This document shows, piece by piece, positions 56,081-64,000 of a DNA stretch of 64,000 nucleotides. Origin of the DNA: Octopus vulgaris (Eukaryota); NCBI GenBank assembly GCA_951406725.2, contig OX597831.1:60016001-60080000 (forward strand), given 5' to 3'. Every line of letters begins with the position of its first letter. Position 1 is the stretch's first letter. The notes under the pieces are model-generated. The model ran no database searches. It was not told the DNA's origin and was given only the letters and a program-made list of their open reading frames with translations. The translations under genes and the position numbers were made by a program.

Positions 56081-59000
56081 TATCTTGATCTGAATTTTCG
56101 TTCCATTCTTCTCCCCGCATTATTTCTTGCTGCTCTTTAAAAGGTTATGTCTTCTGTCTTATTTTATAATTTCACGGTTTATTTCCTTACGGACACCTCT
56201 TTTTATATATATTCTGACTTAAGAATTGTCAGTATTTATTGTAATTAACATTCAGACGTTTGATATATAGTTTTGAATTACAACAACTCGTGTTCACTTA
56301 TTAAATAGTCTCTTGTTTTTGTAAAACTCTTCCTCTTTTGAATATATATGCTCTTGCATTTTCCAGATATAATATTCTATATGTATTATTTTGCATGAAG
56401 TACTGTCTCAAGGAATAGCCTCTCTTACTACGCATGAAGGAAACATTTAGGAGATTGAGAGGTAATGATGTTTTCTTCGTACTGAAAATCAGAAGAGTCT
56501 TCAAATTGAGGGGAAAATATTATTTAAGGTTATTTTCATCATATGTCTTTAATTTGACATCTATTTTTCATCAATGTACTTAATACATTCCATAGAAATA
56601 CTTATTTGTTGGAAATGTTATTAGTTTAACTCGTTTTGGTACCCCACTCCTTATTACAGTTATGGAATAAATTTCTATATCCCTGTGAAGAGTTGAACCT
56701 GCGTCTATGTCTTCTGACCACAGTGTGGAAGTTTATTATATGTGGTAGACTAATGTTCGAATAAATTATGTTTCTTGTCATCGTTCGAATATTATAAGAG
56801 AACTTCGAAACAGAACGGTCAAGTTTAAAGTGGACAATGTGGCAATAATATCTATAGACAGATAAAATAAATCAGGATGATGTTTATGAATTCAATCTCA
56901 TCTCTCTATAATTACAAGCGTATAATTTATGCAATGAAAGACTTTGAAGTCAAGAACTATGACAGTCAATGATGTAAAACGAAAACAATGTGTAATATCA
57001 GTTAATATAACTTTGGTGTAATAATTACTATTAAACAATTTTCGAGGCTTGTCAAAATGTAAATATTGGCTTCAGATTTAAAAAAAAACAAAAGCTTTAA
57101 TTAACTAAATTGCTTCTTTATATATTCACAGTATATGAATGTAACCACTAAGTATCTAAGTATATCATGGCGTAACAATCAAATAAGATAATGCTGTGAT
57201 ACTTGAATAAAATATTTTTCACATTGCATCATCGTCATACGAACGAGTTTTGTTTAAAGAACATGTATAAAATTCGCATTCACTCGACTTAGAACTACAA
57301 GGCATATATTCTGCCAAGGTATATATTCTACCTATCAAGGCATATATTCTACCTATTAAGGGAACAGTAAATTTACGAATCTATGAAGGATAATACTATT
57401 GCTGGAAATAAATAATTTTTGTATAGCGGCACCGGTCCTTTCTCGTAGAATAGTAAATATAGAAAGTGATGAGAGTGGATTTAACTATCACTGTCGTAAA
57501 TGGTTGTAAATATAACGTCGTCAGTGGTGATGTAAATATTAGAGTAATTACGAGAATGCAGGAGGGATGTATTGGTGGCGGTAAACAATAGTACAGACCG
57601 GGAACAAAATGTGATTTCAAAATCAATGGTGGGCAGAAGCAAACGAAAATGATTATTGAGCTGTTCTGCAGCAGATTTATCAAGTCCACACTACAGTAGT
57701 AGTATGATTATTCTAATGCATAGGTAGTTCGAAGATATGAGCAACTATCGCAGAAATGATAATCCGTGCGTTAATGTATATGAGAGAACACCGCCAGATA
57801 TTTGCCAGATTCTATGCTGTCATAAAATGACAAAGCAGTGGCTATATATTTAAATTAAAAGCATGAATCATATTGAAATTAATTCCCGGCTTTTATGTAA
57901 ATGTCTCTGTAAACAATAGATAAATGTTAGGAAGGCTGAGTGTTAAACTGTTAATTAGGAGTGGTTTCAAAAGAAGCGGGTGCAGAAATCGGTCTCCACT
58001 TCAGGGATATATTTTCTGTGATATCTTAATATCCTACCGAGAAACGGATTTACTTGTAATGAGTTTAACAATCCCTAAATAGTTGTTGTTCTGTTCTAGG
58101 GAAAATGATATGAAACTATACACTTTGGTATTGAGTTGTTAACAAATAATAATAAAATATGGTGGTAAGAAATCTTTAAGTAATATATATTAGAAACAGA
58201 CTCCTCGTGGCATGCATCATAAACAAACTACATTAAAACATGCATCATAAAAAAATACATTAGGACATGCATAATTTGCGATTTATTTTTAACACCTGTA
58301 GACAACCCCAGACACAAAACATGCTGAGCACTATAGTGTATGTCTTTATAAAACTACTTCTTGCCACAACAATGTATTTAACACACACATCTTTCAGGTG
58401 TGTGTCATACCGGGACAGAAATATTTCAGTATGTTGTGTCTCATCATTCAGAAACAGCCAGGACTGAGGGACTAGCCAAAACGACTGACTTCATCCATGC
58501 TTTCTGCAAACATATGTTCTCCCGGTTAGTGAATTCTTTAATCAGTTAGGAGACAAGAACACCTATCAACATAACATGTCGAAATTCATTTATCCCAGAA
58601 TGCTGGGACAACAGCGAGATATGTGTGTTTCACACACAGTTGTTGTAAAAGTTAGAACCTATTTCTCTGAAACGTACTCAACAGCTCTCAGCACATGCTG
58701 AGTCTGAAAATGCTTAGACGTGTTAAGAATAAAGAAGCATACCATAATTCCAGATTCGCTGTAGAAAGTACAAAGATGGTGTTTTTACTTTAAAACATAT
58801 AGCCACTCAAGTGTTTTGAGAATGTAACATTTATTATGAATATATACGCAGCAGAATTATATGATTGGTAATTTAAAATACATTCAGATAAGCCGGAGGG
58901 CAGTATTTTCTCTTACGTGTGTCTTTAGAAATGAATTATAGATATCCTTATTTTCAACATCAGCAGTTTTTGAATGTAAATACAAAATAGTTTATGTAGT

Positions 59001-59131
59001 AATTTGGGAAAAAGTGTCAAAGAATACATACATAAACACGCACGTATAAACATGCACGCAAACACATATACACACGCAGGCACAGACGTACACACGCTGG
59101 CACATTTACAAAGTTATATATATCATATATA

Positions 59132-59362
59132 GGCGGTGAGCTGGCAGAAACGTGAGCGCGCCGGGTGAAATGCGTAGCCGTATTTCATCTGTCGTTACGT
59201 TCCATGTTCAAATTCCGCCAAGGTCGACTTTGCCTTTCATCCTTTCGGGGTCGATAAATTAACTACAAGTTACGCACTGGGGTCGATGTAATCGACTTAA
59301 ACCGTTTGTCGGTCCTTGTTTGTCCCCTCTGTGTTTAGCTCCTTGTGGGTAGTAAAGAAATA
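59132..59362 (+). mobile_element. SINE family B, full-length (head-core-tail1)
   Basis: Complete head, core and tail, with TSD-like tatatatatcatat on both sides. Confidence 0.9.
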
Positions 59363-60568
59363 TATATATATATCATATTGATTTTATATCTAATCAACTA
59401 AATCTTATTTGAAAACTTAGTGAATCTCTTCTTGACTGCTTGTATCGTTACGTGATCCCCAAATTTAAAAGGAAGATTTATCCACAAAATGTCAAAAATG
59501 ACACTTGTCAATTAGTCATTTGTTTTATTTATAGTGTCCAACTTCCTTCAGAATGCAAGCTATTAAGATTACTGAAAGACTAACATCAATCAAAAGCTGA
59601 CATATGTTCTATTGACACGAAGGGATGTCAAGCAATGTCAACATTGAATGGGATGTTAGTTCAGGACTTAACGTGACGTTCAGGAATGTAGAGAAGTTAT
59701 CCTGTTGCTCTACAGTTACATTCCACTGAGCTGATTATATGTATGTACATTCAGTGTATTACGCAGTGTATTGGGAAGAGAAGAAACCTGGATATTAATA
59801 CCCGGAAATGAATAGCAAGCAATGATAATGATAAATAAAATATGAGTATTGGCGTATGTATATTGATGGCGAAAGGGGCTATAAAGTTATTGTGCAATCA
59901 GCAAACAGATTTGCCAGTCCTGGGCAAAATCAAAATCATTAGTGTCCCCATTTTAACTTCATAGCAAAATCCGCACCTGGATTAAAATTACATTCACGCA
60001 TACCACAGTTATGCACGTAGCTTCTTTTCTTTTTGAAGCTATATTTTTCTTTAGTTTTTCTTTATTTTGTCTCCTTCAAACACTCTTACGATAAATAAAT
60101 AAACACATATATATATAATATGTAAATATATGCATATATACATACATATATGTACATACCTATTTCCATATGTATATATACATGCATATATGGGTACAGT
60201 GTATCAAAAGAACGTCGAACACAATGAGAAACGAAAACATAAAAACAAATACACAGAAAGGAACTTTTTTTCATACAACGAAAAAGCAGAGTACAAAACA
60301 TACAACACAAGGAATATTTCCCTTTTTCAGTTGTCCCTGTTTCGTCTTCTCCGCGAAACGAAGGTAAGGACAAGACGCGACTTAGTTGAAACAGTCCTTC
60401 CCGCAAAGCAAGTTAAATAAAATTTGGGATTTTTTTTCGGAGGGGTAAAAGTGGTAACAAGAACAGGACAGTAAGTACAAAACAAGGCAGTAAAAACAAT
60501 ACAAGTAAAAACAGTAAAAGTCAGGACAAAGAGAATAACACCATAAAAACAAACGGTGAGGGCTGTTA

Positions 60569-60816
60569 GTACATTTAAACACACAAGAGACATCCATCAT
60601 AGAACTCCTTGCACGCTAGAGAGAACAGTTACATTCCAAACCACTATTAGGGATAAAATTTCGAAGGGAATGAAAAATAAAGCATTTACCATCTAACTCC
60701 TGTTTTTATTTTAATTCCCTTGGAAATGTTATCCCTAATAGTGGTTTAGAATTTAACTGTTCCCTCTAGCGTGCAAGGAGTCCTATGCTAGATAGCTCTT
60801 ATGTGTTTAAATGTAC
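60569..60816. repeat. Near-palindrome (116-bp arms, 16-nt loop) at the end of an A-rich repeat element starting near 60190
   Basis: 60569-60684 versus the reverse complement of 60701-60816, with about 15 mismatches by hand count. Confidence 0.9.
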
Positions 60817-60912
60817 GCTGTATTTATATGAATAATATATAGTCTATTGACTAAAATGTTACACGCTAGGCCACTGGTAATGGGAATTTATAATATTTCT
60901 GATTACCCTTTG

Positions 60913-60955
<43 letters not shown>

Positions 60956-61618
60956 CGACATTCAGACGATAAGTAGCCATGGAACTGTTATTCGAATGCA
61001 ATTGTAATTACAGTACATAAATTAAAGAAAAGAAAGCAACTATTTTCAGAGCGGCAATTCAACGGGATCCATTTAGCGACGAAATGCGATGCAAGCAGTT
61101 ATTTTCTAGTTTGTAAAATTACGTAAAACGCAAATGAAGTATAAGCTTCGTGATATCTTAAAGAGATTCAATTACCATTAGACTTGAACAACAATATTCC
61201 TTTCGAGTAAAAGCAAATTGTATAATAGCAAACTCGAAATTGGATTGGAGAGCATCAAGCATCTGCAATAACAATGACATTACCAGCTAACACAAGGGTG
61301 TTGTTGAAAAAAAATCCACTTGCAATATGCCACTTATATATAGCAGGGCGACAAGGAGGACATATGAGATTGAACATACTCATTAATATTTAAAATCTAT
61401 ATGAAATAATTTGAAGATATAAACTGTACAGTGAATGACAAAATACGACAGTTGAGTTGTAACTTCATCAGAAATATATTCAAATTTCACTAGATATTAT
61501 TAAAAAAGTTACAATAATGAACGAATTTGAGTAAAGATGTATAACAATGTAGCTAAGGATTGATAAATTAATAATAAGAATAGCAATTATAATAATAATA
61601 ATGATGATGATGTTGATG

Positions 61619-61694
<76 letters not shown>

Positions 61695-61794
61695 TAATAA
61701 TAATAATAATAGAAGAAGAAGAAGAAGAAGGGAATACAAGCACCACCACAATAAATTGCGTGTATCTTTACTGGCACTTATTGGCACTTATGCC

Positions 61795-62180
61795 GTAAAT
61801 ACCAATATGAAGTAACAGAGAACTTGGATGAGCATCCACCAATTAAAGTTATGCTGGAGGATGGAGACATAACAATACTCTGGAACTATGGTTTCCAGAC
61901 GGATCGTGTAATCGAACACGTCGGCCGCGTGTTGTCATATTGAATAAAAGAGACAAACTTTGTTAGATCATTGATGCAGTCATACCAATTGGCATGAATG
62001 TTGTGAGTAAAGCGTTTGAAAAACTCACCAAGTATTCCGAATTGAAAGTGGAAATGGCAAGAATATTTGGAATGCGAAAGGTTAAAGTAAAAGTGATATC
62101 AGGCGTGATGGAAGCGTTGGGCTCAATCGCATTGAAATTTCAAGACATCTTAAGGCAGCTAGAAACGCCATACACGATTT
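61795..62180 (+). mobile_element. R4/Dong-type non-LTR retrotransposon, restriction-like endonuclease domain fragment
   Basis: ITILWNYGFQTDRVIEH..C*IIDAVIP..EKLTKYSELKVEMAR..VMEALGSI. Lies between (TAA)n tracts. Confidence 0.8.
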
Positions 62181-62232
62181 CGGTGCATTTTTACCTACAC
62201 TCTGTTAGGAAGAAATAATGATAATAATGATG

Positions 62233-62326
<94 letters not shown>

Positions 62327-62381
62327 TGATAATAATAATAATAATAATGATAACAATAATGATAACAATAACAACAACAAC

Positions 62382-62464
<83 letters not shown>

Positions 62465-62466
<2 letters not shown>

Positions 62467-62985
62467 TGGATACAAATATTACGGCAAAACAGTCAGCCAT
62501 TGATTATATATGGATAACTTAAAACTGTACACTACAAATGATAAACAGCTGGAAACATTGCTACAGACAGTGCATGAATTTACCAAAGAAATAATCATGA
62601 AATTCGACTTAGAAAAATGTGCAAAATCAATATTGAAATTAGGAAAATTAGTAGCAACATCACAAGAAATAAGGCAATAACAAGAGAATTAGACATACAA
62701 ATACGTAGGAATCTAGGAACTAGATACGATAAAATACACAAATGAAAGAAAACATAAGAAAAAGAATATTATAGACAAGTTAGATTAATACTGAAAACAG
62801 AGCTCAATGCGAAAAACAAGATAATATGTATCAACACTCTTGCTGTCCCAGTTACAAGTTACTGCTACAATGTCCTTAACTGGACACGAAAATACCTAAT
62901 CAAAATAGACAGAGAAACAAGAAAAATGACAGAATTTATGATGCACCACCCAAAATTTGAAATAGAAAACTTATATATACAACGT
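62465..62985 (+). mobile_element. R4/Dong-type reverse transcriptase/thumb fragment
   Basis: SH*LYMDNLKLY..MKFDLEKCA..YKYVGI..LKTELNAKNKIICINTLAVPV..MHHPK. Starts directly after (TAA)n. Confidence 0.85.
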
Positions 62986-63011
62986 ATATATAAACATTTT
63001 TCTGTAGCCCT

Positions 63012-63279
63012 GGATCCATTTTTCCGAACTCCCTTACCTAAATTACTGATATGAAGAGACGCTTTAGATATTGGAGACCTGTTCCGGAATGTGGGGACAG
63101 AACAGCTCGGGGGTCAAGTATCGTTACGGATACAGATTTTCCAGGGTAGCCGAGAGCGCAACAGACGCCACTTGAGAGGCCGCGCTCTACCAGCACCACA
63201 GGATCGTTGACAACTGCTCTATCGAGCTTGGCACAACACCTTCTACACTTCGGTCTTTGAAAGTCACATTTAATATATA
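63012..63279 (-). pseudogene. Highly diverged 28S rRNA fragment
   Basis: Minus strand: actttcaaagaccgaagtgtagaagg ... gctctcggctaccctggaaaatc ... caggtctccaa ... taggtaagggagttcggaaaaatggatcc. These are collinear with the LSU core motifs ACTTTGAAGGCCGAAGTGGAGAAGG, GCCCTTGAAAATCC, CAGGTCTCCAAGG and GTAGGTAAGGGAAGTCGGCAA..GGATCC. Confidence 0.7.
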
Positions 63280-64000
63280 AGAGATGTAGAAGGCTCTCAG
63301 ACTTCTTTGAATCAAGTGTGATATATACCCTCTTCCCGAGATGTGTCAAAGTTTGAATTGTCCTCAGCTAGAATTAGCCCCCTTGAATAACGTAAAAGTG
63401 TATCCTTTCTACGCTGCCTATGGTTTGTAAGCACAAATTAAAACCAGTGGGATGCGGCTGCAGACATCTTTGCTCCATTGGCTGCTGATATTTCTCAGTG
63501 ACAAGCTCATAATTGGGAAGAAGATATTGCTTTATGCACGCCACTAAATAGCTACCTAAAAATTGATAGATACACACTACGCTTTCTCCTTCAGATGTGC
63601 GGAAAATTCTATAGAATTTCAACATAGAAGTACACACCTGGATATTTAAATAATATCAAGAGGAATTATATCTCGATAGGTTTGAAACCAAGAAAGAGGA
63701 TTTTCTACATAATAATATCATGTAAATGAAAGATGGAACACCCGCATTGAGAACATGATTAAGTAAATATATGTATGAAGCAAAAATATCATTGCTAAGA
63801 TTTATATTAAATATGACAAAAATAACAAAATAATTAGAAGATATGTGAATTAAGAAGCGCTTATGAAAGATATTTAAAAATAGGATATTGGAAAGGAAAT
63901 ATTGATTGTATAGAAAATGATAAAAAATGAAAACTGAAAGAAAATGATATTAATGCGTGCAAATCTTGAAATGCAATTAAATATTTCTTACTTCGACACC

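Noticed and set aside
57297-57362. Short 2-3-copy tandem duplications here and at ~58210-58272
   Set aside because: Ordinary slippage duplications.
60330-60410. GAAAC-containing stems as a possible third hammerhead
   Set aside because: No recognisable catalytic core on either strand.
63038-63349. 103-aa minus-strand ORF containing CRRC
   Set aside because: It overlaps the 28S-like sequence and has no recognisable domain.

Overview
An AT-rich, microsatellite-saturated, repeat-dominated animal genomic window. The tRNA-derived SINE families and the dense (TA)n/(TAA)n/(CAT)n tracts look like an octopus or other coleoid cephalopod genome (inference). No complete host protein-coding gene is recognisable, and most ORFs in the supplied track are microsatellite artefacts. 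Supported content: at least four SINE families, decayed Tc1/mariner elements (one full-length copy with TIRs), Helitron remnants, CR1 LINE pieces, a Gypsy RT fragment, R4/Dong-type RT and endonuclease fragments inside (TAA)n, Penelope-like ends carrying minimal hammerhead-ribozyme motifs, and a diverged 28S rRNA fragment. The most unusual signals are: (i) a gap-free 147-bp-arm foldback at 6.6-7.1 kb with a competing internal pairing; (ii) a ~0.9-kb modular minisatellite built from kappaB-, STAT(GAS)- and HSE-like motifs; (iii) hammerhead motifs; (iv) a 171-bp duplication flanking a SINE; (v) several other long inverted repeats that could form dsRNA/ADAR substrates. All calls were made by eye, without database searches.
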